NCBI GenBank assembly: GCA_963514005.1
Contig: OY740821.1
Location: forward strand, 12,400,001-12,464,000
Direction: 5' to 3'
Length of the DNA: 64,000 nucleotides
From: Raja brachyura
Lineage: Eukaryota
In this document: positions 1-12,914 of the stretch, piece by piece
How the letters are laid out: every line of letters begins with the position of its first letter
Numbering within the stretch: the first letter of the stretch is position 1
Notes under the pieces: generated by a model
Seen by the model: the letters and a program-made list of their open reading frames with translations, nothing else
The model's database searches: none
What the model was told of the DNA's origin: nothing
Position numbers and translations under genes: made by a program

Positions 1-144
1 GGTTCAGAGATGAAGAGATTGGTAGAAACTATGGGAGAGACTGATGCAAATGGTGGTGGTGCCGCCAGCTGAGTAAGGGTGGTGAAGGCCTGTTAATTTC
101 AGATTATTGGTTTTGAAGAGATCTAAAGAAGGAGATCAATGAGG

Positions 145-378
145 AAGACATAAAGTGCTGGAGTAATTCAGTGGGTCAGGCAGCATCTCTGGGGAATATG
201 GATAGGTGACGTTTTCGGTTGAGACCCTTCTTCAGACTGGAGAAAGGCGAGTACTGGAGTACTGAAGAAAGTAACCAATCCAAAATGTTACCTATCCATG
301 TTCTCCAGAGATGCTGCCCAACTCACTGAGTTACTCCAGCACTTTGTATCTTTTCTAAACAAGCATCTGCAGTTTATT
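145..378. mobile_element. Inverted pair of short Penelope-related repeats
   Basis: 147-210 is largely reverse-complementary to 287-350; flanked by GGAGAT(C/G)AATGAGG at 131-144 and 379-392. Confidence 0.75.
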
Positions 379-615
379 GGAGATGAATGAGGGCATTGGG
401 GAGATGGAGGAGGAGGAGGAGGGGGGGGGGGGGGAATAAGCACTGGAACTATGCAAAACAAAGTCGAGCTGTTATTGCAAATCTTAAGTTTTTTTTTAAT
501 GCTGAAAAAGTGCCTTCGTACTTACAATATTACAACAGATTTTTTTTTCCACCTTGAATTAAGGCAAGTGCTGTTTGCTTTTCATTGTGTCTTAGCTTTG
601 AATTAAACTTTGTAG

Positions 616-687
616 GAAAGTCGTCTCTGGCAGTCCAATTTGTGGATGGAAGTTTCGTGGATGGCTACGACCCTACTATTGAGAATA
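616..687 (+). CDS. RHEBL1: Rheb-like GTPase, coding exon 2 (end of P-loop, switch I)
   Basis: tgtag|GAAAG...GAGAATA|gtgagt; 72 nt; (G)KSSLAVQFVDGSFVDGYDPTIEN, a Rheb-type effector loop. Exon 1 is upstream of the window. Confidence 0.93.
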
Positions 688-2000
688 GTGAGTATGGTCT
701 TTTATATGTAAATATCATTAGTGGTGCCATAACTTGCAGAGCAAATTCAAAGTTGACTCTGTGATTAGGAGTCTAGTGGCAGGTTTTTCTGTGAACATTC
801 TTTGCTCCTTCAGATCCTGATTAGTCGGACACTGCTTTCATCCACATGGATCAATCAATAGCTTTAACAGAACAGGTCATCATAACTGAACATGTTGTCA
901 ACATTGTGGTCTTTGGGATTGCTGGGATATTTCTGGGACTGAATTACTTTTTAAATTTCTTTTTTCAAAGTACACTTCACACCTGTTGAGCAAGAAGATG
1001 CACAAGTAATGAAATATTGTTTGACGACACACTTGCTGTGCATGAGAGATTGAAAATAACTTCCCTACAGCACATCTCTCAACAGTGCAACTCACAAAGG
1101 TGTTAAAAGGCAATGCAATCCAGGAGGAGGAGGAGGAGGGTGGGGGAGAGGGAGGAGGAGGAGAGGGTAGTTGCAGTTGTTGGACATGTCCATTTTTGTC
1201 CACATTAGAATTATGGTGATCTTCTACATTTGATTAAGGAATAAACATTAGCAGCAGGGCAGCAGCGACATTCCTTCTTCTAGTTCTGTAGCCTTTTCTA
1301 TCTACAGTATATGAGCAGCATATGACCTGGGATTGAATTTTCTTCCAAAAGATGACAGTGTAATGCACTCTTAGAATTGCAACGAACATTCCCCCTAGTT
1401 TGCATTTGGCTGCCCATTCAAGCACAACTTGTATCTCTGGGAAATGATTGCAATTGATGTCTAATTCACCTTGTTAAATGCTTGTGGATGTAGCACTGAG
1501 TACCATGTTATATAAGCCTGTAACATCCTGGTCTGATGTCAGGCTGGCTTTGCAATTTTTAAATTGATCAGATAAATGTGTATTTCTTCTAAGCTGCTTT
1601 CACTGTAAGTGAAATCTGCTGGTTTCCCTAGAAACAGAGCTGCTTCTCTTTTTGTTTATGTGCATTTGATTGATTCTTGAGGCAGCTGTGCTGAAATACT
1701 ACATGTAGTAGGATTATTGAGATTGTGAATCAATGTGGTTACCTTGCTTGTAGGGCGATAAATGGAACATGTACCATAAATACTGGATCTTCCTCAATGC
1801 TCAAAAGATTAGGGGGGGGGGGGGGGGGGTGAAATATGCATCTGAAGTAGAGCACCTGTTTGGATTATTGAGATTATGAGTCAGCATTTACTGAAATACT
1901 GCACCTTGTTTGCTGAGTTCTTGATTGGACAGTGTAGCTATCATCTGCAATATTGCAAACATTCTGCTCATATGACTTCTTTAAAAACATTTTTTTGCAG

Positions 2001-2068
2001 CATTTACTAAAACCATAAGCTTCGATGGGCAAGAGTTCTACCTGCAGCTAGTAGATACTGCTGGGCAG
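2001..2068 (+). CDS. RHEBL1: Rheb-like GTPase, coding exon 3 (G3 DTAGQ)
   Basis: ttgcag|CATTT...GGGCAG|gtgagg; 68 nt; TFTKTISFDGQEFYLQLVDTAGQ; phase fits exon 2. Confidence 0.95.
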
Positions 2069-2374
2069 GTGAGGTCTTTGTGTGTTGTAGATGGGTTTAC
2101 TGTTTGGGTGGCACAATGTTTCAAAACTGTCATGTGATTTACTGTGAATATTGTAAAAATGTTTGCTACCTACCAGAGACTAACTGTTTTGCAGACATTT
2201 TTGGTATCGCATTTGTGTTGCCAAATATTAAGTTGACGACTCTGCTACTTTTGGTAACTTGTATTTCCCTCTCTTCTTGTGTTCAGCACAGACATTGTGG
2301 GCCAAAGGGCCTGTTCTTATGCTGTACTGCTCTGTGTTCTCCAGCATTTTGTTTTGTTTCTGTTCAACTTTTAG

Positions 2375-2457
2375 GATGAGTATTCCATTTTCAGCTTCGC
2401 CCACACAGTGAACATTCATGGGTATATTTTGGTTTACTCTGTAACATCTATGAAGAG
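2375..2457 (+). CDS. RHEBL1: Rheb-like GTPase, coding exon 4 (switch II)
   Basis: tttag|GATGAG...AAGAG|gtgagt; 83 nt; DEYSIFSFAHTVNIHGYILVYSVTSMKS. Confidence 0.95.
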
Positions 2458-2703
2458 GTGAGTAAACCAGATTAAAAATATCCTGAAGTCGATGGGAGTA
2501 ATTTTAATATCTGATGTGATTTGACAGCAATTATAAGATGAAATTGCTTAAAGGTTGATCTTGGGTATTTGATTGAAGAGACAAAGAAACTCTAGCTATT
2601 TTAGTGTGCATAGCGATGAATAAGTATAATTGGATGCAAGGTGAGGCTTTACTACCATCAAGGTTTAGCTTGGCTACTTTGGAGTTTTTAAATTAAAGAG
2701 TGT

Positions 2704-4331
2704 TACCACAATTAATATATTTGTTTCAAGCGATTCCAAAATATTAAAAAAAAAACTAGATTCTAATATCACTCATTTTATATGGGATGATAGAGCACAC
2801 AGAATTCAACGAAAGCATCTGTATAAACCTAAAGAAGTTGGGGGTTTATCATTACCTAACTTTATGTATTACTACTGGGCAGTGCATATAAAGAACATAA
2901 TGTACTGGCTGGATAACTCCATTCACCAGTTGGAGTGGATAAGAATGGAGAAAGAGGAGTGTTTCCTGTACGATATAGGAACGATCTTGTTCTCACCGGT
3001 AAAATTGAATAGTATAATACATAAGAAGAACCCAATTATTCACAATACAATAAGAATTTGGAAACAAATAAAATTATCCCTGAAATTAAATAATCTATCA
3101 GTATTAACCCCAATATTGAATAATCCTGCATTCAAACCATCTTTTATCGACAAAACATATAAACATTGGGATAGACTGGGAATTAGGAAAGTAGGAGATA
3201 TGTATGAATTGGGTAAATTGTTATCATTTCAACAATTAAAATCAAAATTTAAACTGAATGATAATCAATATTTTAAATGTATACAGATATGTGACTTTAT
3301 GAAGAAATATATAAATAGATTTCAAACTAATACCCTTTAGAAGAAACAATGAATATTAAGGCCGATTCACAAAAACTAATATATTTTTATAATAGTATAT
3401 TAAATAGAGATTTACCCTCAACAGAGGCACTAAGAGAAGACTGGGAACATGAACTAATGATAAAGTTCCGAAAGATAGATGGGAAAAGTATCTGATGAAC
3501 ACACATAATTGTTCCATTAATGCAAGACATAATCTAATTCAATTTAAATTATTACATAGACTATATTATTCAAAAACGAGGTTGCATAAATTCTACTCAA
3601 ATGTTTCTCCTAGATAAGATAAATGTTTGTTTCAAAATGCCAATGTAACACATTCATTTATAGGATGTATAAAGTTGAATACATTTTGGAGCAACATATT
3701 TGATATATTTACAAAGCTCTTCAAGTCGAGAATAAAACCAAATACAGAATGGATTATATTTGGAATAATAGTAGAAGATATCAAGTTAAACAAAGACCAA
3801 AAAGTATTCTTTAATTATGGGTTAATAATTGGAAAGAAATTGGTACTTAAATTTTGGAACCATTAAAATGTGGATTAGTAATATGACGGACATAGCTCAC
3901 CTTGAAGAAATGAGACTCCGCCTAATGGATAAATATGACCAATTCTTAAGGAGTTGGTCCCCTATCATCGACTTTTTGGAATCATGTGATGCAGCAGTAC
4001 CGTAAAGATTACTGATTTCAGGTCAGGTCGTGGATAGAATTACATCTCCGAACAAAGATTTGAAAATTTTCTTTTTTAAGGGTCTTTTTCTCCTATTTCT
4101 ACTTTTTCTTTTCGTATATACACATTTCATGTTCTATTTTCTACTATCTATTTTTCCTCTTTTTCTTCTCTCTATTTCTTGTCTTATTTAAATTTCCTTT
4201 TCAAAAACATAAAACTAGAGGTTGTACATAGAATGTATTACGTTATGACATAGTTGGCACCTAAAATTAGGTGCTACTGTATTGTTTTGTACTGTATTAA
4301 CTTCTAACAAAATAAACAAACAAAAAATAAA
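2704..4331 (+). mobile_element. 5'-truncated L1-clade LINE (ORF2 C-terminus, 3'UTR, A-rich tail)
   Basis: Broken ORF2 frames (LPQLIYLFQAIP, GGLSLPNFMYYYWA; ORFs at 2864 and 3627); A-rich tail; 15-bp TSD TAAATTAAAG(A/C)GTGT at 2689-2703 and 4332-4346 at a TTTT/AA site. Confidence 0.9.
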
Positions 4332-4673
4332 TAAATTAAAGCGTGTGCATTGCATCTGCAGAGTTGAATCACTGAACCAGAATAGGATCTCTCTTCTCTT
4401 TGCCCACCACCAGGGCCAAAACATCTCTCTGTGGTCTAGTCTGCCATTGATTAAATGTTGATGAAGGTAGATAACCCAGCAAGTACTAATTTAGGGAAAG
4501 TTGGGGTATGTACTAACTTGAGGAAATTGAAGAATAATGCATTTTGAGTAAGAGGGTTCCTTGGTAGGTGAGAGCAGACTTAAGTTGTTATGCACTAACT
4601 TGTCGCATAGTGTAACTTTCTTATAACTTTATAATCTTTTGCTCTTAATGTCTGTCCTGTGGTGTTTTTGCAG

Positions 4674-4730
4674 TTTTGAAATGATTAAGATAATTCGCAG
4701 TAAACTACTGGACAAGGTGGGAAAAATCCA
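4674..4730 (+). CDS. RHEBL1: Rheb-like GTPase, coding exon 5
   Basis: ttgcag|TTTTGAA...ATCCA|gtaagt; 57 nt; FEMIKIIRSKLLDKVGKIQ. Confidence 0.93.
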
Positions 4731-5039
4731 GTAAGTATCAGTAAATATTATTTTGAGGGGGAACTTTCTTACTTTCCTAGCCGATACAAATTGTTCTGCC
4801 TTAATGCGACACTGTCAACACACACAAAAAGACAAAGTGCTAGAGTAACTCAGCGGGTCAGGCAGCATATCTGGTGATCATGGATAGTCTCTCCCATTCC
4901 TCTCTGGCCCTTGGGGATAAGCAGGGCAGGGGTCGGCGGCTTGCTTTTGGGACACGTATCCCGACTCTGTGGCGAGTGAGCCATGCCTGCTGCACGACAC
5001 CACTGTCCACTGCGTGGCACCAGTGATCGTACTGTTAAC

Positions 5040-5450
5040 AAACAAATGGCCGTCGTTTACCACACTATCCACTGGTTTCGCCACTTTAAGTGAGCTATGG
5101 ACTTGCACCCCTAGATCCCTGTATACATCAGGGCACAAGAGAGTCCTGCAATTTACAGTATACTTGCATTTGATCTCCCAAAATGCAATACCTCATACTT
5201 GTCTAGATTAATCTTCATCTGTCACTTTTCTGCCCAAACTTTCTCCTGATCTATATCTTGCCGGGTCCTTTGACAACCTTCTTCACTATCCATAACATCA
5301 TGAATTTTTGTGTCAGCTGAAAACTTGCTAATCAGGCCACTTTTTCATTCAAATCATTAATTTACAGTACATTAGGAACAAGAGGTTCCAGCTCTGATCC
5401 TTGCAGAATACCATAGTTACAGACCTCCAATAGTAAAAATACCCCTCTAC
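5040..5450 (-). mobile_element. CR1 LINE RT fragment
   Basis: Minus-strand RDLGVQVHSSLKVA motif and a KFxxDTK-like motif. Confidence 0.75.
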
Positions 5451-5454
5451 TTAT

Positions 5455-5705
5455 TCTTAAGCCCTTTGCTCCTCTAGGGAGCAGAGGCCACTGACAAATG
5501 TCCTCCACCTCCCTCGGTTGTTGGCAGTTCTTTCGAGATCTCCTCAGTTGAGCCCACTCTCAGACATTTCTGTCTGGACACCTCTTCTCCAGCTGTTCCT
5601 GGGGTGACCTCTTTTCCTTTTTCCTTGGGGGTTCCATTTCAGGGCTTGCTGGGTGATGTTTGTGGCAGGTTTTCTGAGGGTGTGTCTAATCCAACTCCCC
5701 TCTAC
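5455..5705 (-). mobile_element. RTE-clade LINE 3' fragment
   Basis: WIRHTLRKPATNITQQALKWNPQGKRKRGHPRNSWRR, typical of RTE ORF C-termini. Confidence 0.8.
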
Positions 5706-6334
5706 CACTGCCCCAAATCTTCTATAGCCCAAGCCAATTTTGGATCTGATAATATATTTAAAATTAGAAACAAAATAAATTGTGGGAAGTTAACATAAAG
5801 ATTGTGTGCAGTTTTCAGGTAGTTGACCATGCAAGGTTGCTGCCTGTTTTTATTTGAGCATTTGCAGGATTTTCTATTTATCTGTAAGATTTACAGCATC
5901 TGCAATATCTTAATTACTGGTCATAAAAGTTGATTTTATTCCAATACTTACCAATGTGAGGAAGCTGATAAATTACTCATGTATTTGAATGGCAGTGTGA
6001 CCTTGTACCGTTAAAGATTTCTACTGCAGTGTTTTGCATTGATTTGGTAAAGTCATTGTAATATGTTGTGTAATTTTAAGTAGTTGGTAATCACAGCTCC
6101 TAGTACACTTGCTTAAGTTTTTTCTCTTATGGGATCCAATGTGTCTTATTCTACTGAAGAACATTTAGTTGTGACCGTCAAAATTACATCATGGGGTAGG
6201 ATAAGTATAACTGGTACTTTAATATTGTAATATAATGCCTCATTTCAGGAGGTTTCTTGCAATGAAATAAGTAGGCTTTTGCCTTTGTGGCAACAGCAAG
6301 TCCGACTAAGGAGGTGCAGTTAGGGAAGGACTTC

Positions 6335-6731
6335 AAGTTCAAGTGAGTTTATTGTCATGTGTCCCTAATAGGACAATGAAATTCTTGCTTTGCTTCAGAA
6401 CACAGTAGGCATTTACTAGAAAACAGATCAGCATGTCCATCTCTCATTATATAAATACATACACACATGAATAAATAAACGGATAAAGTGCAAATAACAG
6501 ATAATTGGTTATTAATGATCAGTTTTGTCTGAGCCAGGTTTAATAGCCTGATGGCTGTGGGGAAGTAGCTATTCCTGAACCTGGTCGTTGCAGTCTACAG
6601 GCTCCTGTACCTTCTACCTGAAGGTAGCAGGGAGATGAGTGTGTGGCCAGGATGGTGTGGGTCCTTGATGATGCTGCCAGCCTTATTGAGGCAGCGACTG
6701 CGATAAATCCCCTAGATGGAAGGAAGGTCAT
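6335..6731 (-). mobile_element. Rex1/Babar-like LINE 3' end
   Basis: Minus-strand LPSGRRYRSLxTATTRFRNSYFPTAIRLLN-type tail; ends with GACAATAAA and TTGAAC repeats. Confidence 0.7.
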
Positions 6732-8899
6732 TGAGGAGGAAGTAGTGCATGGTTGGTATGTTCATCTTCCAAAGGTACAACTGGAAACTCAGATGTGCCA
6801 TTAAAATGTAGTCATCAGTCTACTGACATTTCCGTTGCTGCTCAAGACCTTCAATGGTTTGGTTTTATGCTACACTTTATTTCAGAGTGTGAGTTCCACA
6901 GTAATATGCTGGCATAATCAAACTTGTAATTTTTGTGTGTGATGTAAAGTTTTTTATTCAACAACTTTTATCTGCAAACAGAACAAATGATTAAAACTGA
7001 ATAAGGCAACAAATGATTTACCTTTGTGTACTGGTTTTCCTATTCTGGAGATGTGTACTTAACCAAGCTTATAACTGATCCTCAACAGTCAAAATTGCAG
7101 CTTGTGATTTTGGACACCTCCGTTTCACATGGTAACTGAGCTAAGAAAGTCCTTCTACACAATGGTGTGGAGGTGGGCCATAGTTGCCACCTTTATAATT
7201 TTGTGCTATATATACTCTCCTACCATTAAGTGTCACAGGAGTAATTGGAACCATTAAATCTTTTCAAACCGATAAATCAGGGCATTTATTCTTTTTGCCT
7301 CCTCTGCTCTGAAGAAAATGTATTGTATCCACTGTGAGTACAGTGTTGCATTGTTTATCATGAAATCTTGCTGCTCTTTTGTTCTTGTGCTCTATGTACT
7401 TCCACTAGCCCAGGTTAGGATGATCTCCATCTGTAATAATAGAGATCAGGAATAACCAATGATGCACATGTTAACTTTATTAGGCTTTCAATGTAAGCGG
7501 TGGCTCACTGATGTCTAAATTTTACTCTGCTAAGGACCCTTTGGCTTTGAAACAACGCTTTTTAATGTACAGTTTTCCGGAAAAAAAAATCCAGACCAGT
7601 GTGAAGTGCCTGCTTTCAGCTCCAAGTGAGCATATAAAATCAAAAGCAACATTCTGAATGTTGAATTGAGATTCCATAGACTCTCAAAATAAATGATTGT
7701 GAGAAGAAAATACACATTTACATTGTGTGACCACTGCTGTTACTGGTAGCTCCTTCATTTTAGATTTAAATGCACCTACGATAGGTTTTCAAGTACTAAA
7801 ATTGTTATTTTGGGACAAAGACTTCATGCATCTAAAATAGCTTAAATGAAGGGCTGTGCTTGAGAGATGAATGCACTTATCTGTTTTTTAACACCATCTT
7901 ATAGAGTAGTGCATGAAAAATTCATGCAGTGTTTCTTTTTATATAGGTGGTAATGGACGTTTTTCATGCAGTTTCCATAAAATGAGGAAGATGCAATGCA
8001 CAATTCATCTGTACAATGTACTGTATATATTTTTCCTCTGTTTTGCAAGAGTCGGGATTTATTTACAACTTGGACAGATCTGCTGACGTACTAGTAGCAC
8101 AAGCAAACAACTGCTGGAAGGCCCTTCCAACAGTTATGACTAACTCTGTTCATTATTTATTTAACCCTCAGCCGGCCATCATCTCCACATTATGCTCCAC
8201 CTTTTGAACCTCCATGTTTTTGCCAAATGTGCAGGTGAGTGGTGAGGGCATGCTTGCAAGTGGTTTCTCGTGTTTGTTGACCTGTGCCTTCTGTGCATGG
8301 AAGTACCTGAGAACATTTTACTGGAAAGCACTATAGCTATCACTCTAATGCAAGGCATCTTCATTCCCATGGGATTATTTTGGGGTCGGGAAGATGGGTG
8401 GGATAGGTGGAGGAAAATTCTAACTTTGTCAGCATGGCAATGGATTTCCATTTTGATCTCCAGTCCAGATCTCCAGTGTGTAACTTCAAATATTCCACAA
8501 ACTATTTGCACCAAGTTATTTTAGACCATTATGTTGGTGCAATATAAACTTAAATGTTGAAAATCCTCAGCAGGTCAGGCAGCATCAGTGGAAAGAGATA
8601 CAGAGTTGATGTTTTGGGCAAAGATTCTTTCCCTTGTTAATTCTTTCTGCCGATACACCCTGACCTGTAGTGCGTTCCCAGAATTTGCAGTTTTAAACTT
8701 TTTTTCCCCCCCTCCCTGTGGTGCATTTTGTTTTGGGATTTTTGCTTGAGGTTTTGCACTCAAAACAGAGACTTAGAAACTGAGAAAATGTAGAAAATAA
8801 TTCTTGGATTTGTCAGTGGCTATTATAAAAAAATAAATTTTGAATATGCTTCTGTTTTCATTATTATCTGCAAATCTAAAGGATAGAGCAGTCTAGTGA

Positions 8900-9705
8900 C
8901 TTGAGTTGCTTTTATTGTCATGTATACAAGTACAGCGACAATCAAAATCTTGCTTGCAGCAGCATTATAGACTTAAACACTGATACTTATTATAGATAAA
9001 TTGTACAAGAGTGAAAGAAAGTGTGCAAACATACTAAAGATTTTTTTTCTAATTGTATTTTAAGAATGGTCGTTATGTTGCATTGCTGAGTTAAGAAGCA
9101 ATATTGCGCAGGTTGGTTCAAGAACCTGATGGTTGTAGGAAAGTAACAGTTCCTGAACCTGGTGATATGGCACTTCAGGCTTCTGTGCCTCCTGCCCAAT
9201 GGTAGCAGCAAGAAGAGGACATGCCTTGGATGGTGGGGGATCCTTGATGATGGATGGCATCCTCAAGAGGTAGCACCACGTGTAAATGCCTCTGATGGTG
9301 GGGAGGGCTATGCCCGTGATAAATGTGGCTGAGAGTACACAAAATGCTGGAGAAACTCAGCGGGTGCAGCAGCATCTATGGAGCGAAGGAGATGGGCAAC
9401 GTTTCGGGCCAAAAACCCTTCTTCATAAATGGGGCTGAGTCTACCACACTCTGCAGCCTCTTGTGTTTTTGTGCATCGGAATTGCTGTACCAGGCCATGA
9501 TGCAACCAGTCAGGGCAATTTCTACAGTGTATCTGTGGAAGTTTGTTGGAGTATTTGGTGAATCTCCTCGAGCTTCTAAGAAAGCAGAGATACTGGTGAG
9601 ATGTTAACGCTCAGGAATTTTAAGCTGCTAACTCTCTCTCCTCTGACTCGATGAAAACTGGCGTCTGGTCTCCTGACTTTACCTTTTTGAAGTCAACGCT
9701 CTTGG
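8900..9705 (-). mobile_element. Rex1/Babar-like LINE fragment interrupted by a short element at 9334-9424
   Basis: LLPLGRRHRSLKCHITRFRNCYFPTTIRFLN, plus an upstream CIMAWYSN-type motif. Confidence 0.75.
9334..9424 (-). mobile_element. Short Penelope-related element with TSD
   Basis: Same family as 30199-30292; TSD ATAAATG(T/G)GGCTGAG at 9319-9333 and 9425-9439. Confidence 0.85.
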
Positions 9706-10391
9706 TGTCCTTGGGCTTGCAGGCAGAAGACATTTATCTTTTAAGAATTCGGCACATGGCAATGACGATGATTCTATGATGTTCTGAACAGTGTTCATCT
9801 TATTAGTAGTTAAAAATTCATTGACTATCAGTGCTGAATTAATAACTTTGTAAACATTTATCCATACAGTTTTTTTTGGATTGTAGAGTTAATTTTAAAA
9901 ATTGCTTTACTAGCACCTCCAAATCTTGGCAATAATACTTCAAAGGGATATGTGAGTTTGTAATTGCAACAGAGACTGGTCTCTATTGTTGATATGCTTG
10001 ATGCTGCAAACTGTAGTTTCAGATTGTAATGTTTGAACTATACTTGCCACACATTTAATGTTACAAACACATTGAAATGTTAATGTTTTTAATCCAGGTT
10101 CCACATTAGTTGGTACTGAGGCTTCTGCTGTCCAAATGTGGCAGGTGTTTGTCAAGTTGTATTACTGGCTCAGTAATCCAGAAGTTTGAACTAATGATGT
10201 AGAGATGAGAGTAATAGAGTAATCTGAGGTTGAATTGACCTACAATGTTAATTCAATTTCTCTCTCTATAGATTTTGTATATCTGTGTGTTTCCAGCATT
10301 TCATTTTAAAAGGAAAAAAAACTGTAAATTCCAGAATTATAGCATTTGACTTGGAACCCACTGAGATTACCTAGTGGTTCTTAACCTACAG

Positions 10392-10565
10392 CAATAGACA
10401 GTAAGTGCAGGAGTAGGCCATTTGGCCCTTCAAGCCAGCACCGCCATTCACTGTGATCACGGCTGATCATCCACAATCAGTAGCCCGTTCCTGCCTTCTC
10501 CCCATCTCCCCTGACTCCACTATCTTCAAGAGCCCTATCTAGCTCTCTCTTGAAAGTTTCCAGAG
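10392..10565 (-). mobile_element. CR1 3' tail
   Basis: Near-identical to the tail at 34950-35100 and to 41467-41597. Confidence 0.8.
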
Positions 10566-10569
10566 TAAC

Positions 10570-11225
10570 AATGTATGTGATGTGCTCGCCTGCCTGCCAA
10601 AATGGCAAAGACACCTCTGTTGTAGCAACCAACTGACATCCTCCTTGGCACTAGACCTAACACAGCGGTTGTACACTCCCTGCCCCATTTGTGAAAAAGG
10701 GGTTCTGAAGCTTGATTCTGCACCACATGGCGATTTGTAGTGTCAAGGTGTGCCACACAGGGAAGGCCCTTGTCTGCCACTAGCTTCACCTTCCTCAGCT
10801 GATGGATGGGCAGTCTTCAATGCTGAACACCAGTGTAATAGAATCACTCGTAAGTAGTAAGGACACTGCTTGTAATCTAGGTTGGACCTAAGGAACACTT
10901 GAGTGTTCATCATCAAACTTTGATCCATAGTACTCGTGGAGCTGACCGAGTTCTGAATAACAACTGCCAGACTCTGACTTTGGTGTGTGGTGAGAGAAAT
11001 GAAACAAGAAAAATGTACTTGATCCATTTACCTGTTGAATGCGCATTGTCCATGATTTGTATTGTTGAGAGTGACTACTATGCACTCCTTCTGGAAAGCC
11101 AAATCCCATCAGAGTCACCCATCATTGCGTGGTGTGGCATTACCATTATGCTAAATAGGATGGATTCAAAACTAGACCATTTCCTCCCACAAGTACTGTG
11201 CATAACCAGCAGTGCCAGAACTTTA
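10570..11225 (-). mobile_element. Degenerate LINE 3' end, possibly L1/Tx1
   Basis: Minus-strand FWHC..YAQYLWEEM resembles a Tx1 ORF2 zinc-knuckle region; heavily frameshifted. Confidence 0.35.
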
Positions 11226-12007
11226 TTTGTTCTTCTTTTAATCTTTTAATTATTACCCAGTGTATCCCTTATCAAGCTAAAGACTGCAGAAGAATGTGCC
11301 TAAAGTAAAACAAAGTCTGTCTCAAGTTCTTGTGATTTAAAAAAAAAAATAAGGATAGTGATGTGTAGGGTGGAATAATTAATAGTTAATGATTAATAAT
11401 TAGATAAATAGACTGCATCCTTAGAAGTGTTTTTTTTTAAAAAAAAGGAAAAAAAGGCACCCGAAAATAAAGGGGCCTTGAGAAAAGAAAAGAATCAGAA
11501 GAAAATGCAAAAAAAGATAGAACTAAACGGAAAAGAAAGGGAATGTGCCTAATTCGTAACGTTACACACCCCTCACCTGGTTCTAAAACTGTTACTTTCC
11601 AGGGTTATGTTGCACTATATTACACTTGTATTCTGACCACATTCTAACCGTAATATGGACATACACAAAAACTAGTCATGCCCCAAGCCAAGTATAGATA
11701 GAAACCTGGCACAAGGCCCACAATGTTGAAAGCTTCACATGTATGTCTTTTTTCCACATTAGAACTCAAACCCAATTCAGCTGAGTGCTGCCCTGTTGAT
11801 CATATGAAATAAATGTACCTGTCAACAGCCTGCTCTATGGTGTTTTGGGGTTTATTTAGGACTAAATGACTCCAAGCCCTTATTTTAAAGCCACAGTCCA
11901 AATGTGAACAGATGCTAAAATGCCAGGGTTATGGTGACAGTTTCTAGCCTTCACAGTTGAATCTGATGTAACTTTGTTTCTCTCCCCCCCCCCCTTCAAT
12001 TGTTTAG

Positions 12008-12055
12008 AATACCGACAGTGCTGGTCGCAAATAAGAAAGACCTTACCAAACAAAG
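12008..12055 (+). CDS. RHEBL1: Rheb-like GTPase, coding exon 6 (G4 NKxD)
   Basis: tttag|AATACCG...CAAAG|gtatgt; 48 nt; IPTVLVANKKDLTKQR. Confidence 0.93.
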
Positions 12056-12832
12056 GTATGTAGTAGGTTTTTCTCTAAAGAGCAAAGTTTAATGTATAAA
12101 ACATTGTTTATAATGAATAATTATTCTTAATCAGTAATAGGTGGGAACCAACAAATAAGTGGCAAGGGAGGGAATTGGTTTCTACACTGTCCAGGAGAGA
12201 TTTCTATTTGGGATGTTCTTAGTTCAGCAACAAAAAATCATCTACCGTTTCTGGATATGTGAGGAAATGATGGGGAAATTAAACATCGAATATGATGTTT
12301 GAAGAAAGGTACCTGCCAACTGCTGCCTCAAATGTCTATGATTGGTTATTAATTGTCCTCGTGACAATTAGAAGAATTTTATTTTTGCCAGTTTTTTTCT
12401 TATTGTAAAATACTCTGGGATTATAAAGATATTAAATGAGTACTTGCCTCTTATATTAAAAAAATAAATCAATGTACAATAAAGGAAATTAGTACAAAAG
12501 GAAGTGCTGCATTCAGATATGATTAAGGCTCAAATTTATGAAATTCCAAATGGGAACCAGATCTTGAAGCAGTTGCTCATAGAATCCGAGGCAATTCAGT
12601 GGAAATGGTCTCTGACAGTCTTTAAAATATTTTTTGATCTGGAAGTTGGATAAAAGGTTTTCCAGTGTAACGCCTCTGTTCAAAAAGGACAGGGAGTATC
12701 ATCTTTGAGAGAGGTGGAAGTCGATACTTCAGTCTTTATTTAAAAAAACATTTTTGGCCAAAATTGCTTCTGTATTTGTTTTTTGTTTAAATAATGGTGT
12801 CCTTTTGACACGTTTACTCCTTTTTTCCATAG

Positions 12833-12914
12833 AGTGGTGAAAATTGAAGAAGGGAAGAAACTCGCACATTCTTGGGGAGCTGCATTCTTGGAATCGTCGG
12901 CAAAACAGAATGAT
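12833..12914 (+). CDS. RHEBL1: Rheb-like GTPase, coding exon 7 (G5 SAK)
   Basis: ccatag|AGTGG...AATGAT|gtaagt; 82 nt; VVKIEEGKKLAHSWGAAFLESSAKQND. Confidence 0.95.

Noticed and set aside
898-1203. Pro/Ser-rich 101-aa ORF
   Set aside because: Produced by a GGA microsatellite antisense within an intron.
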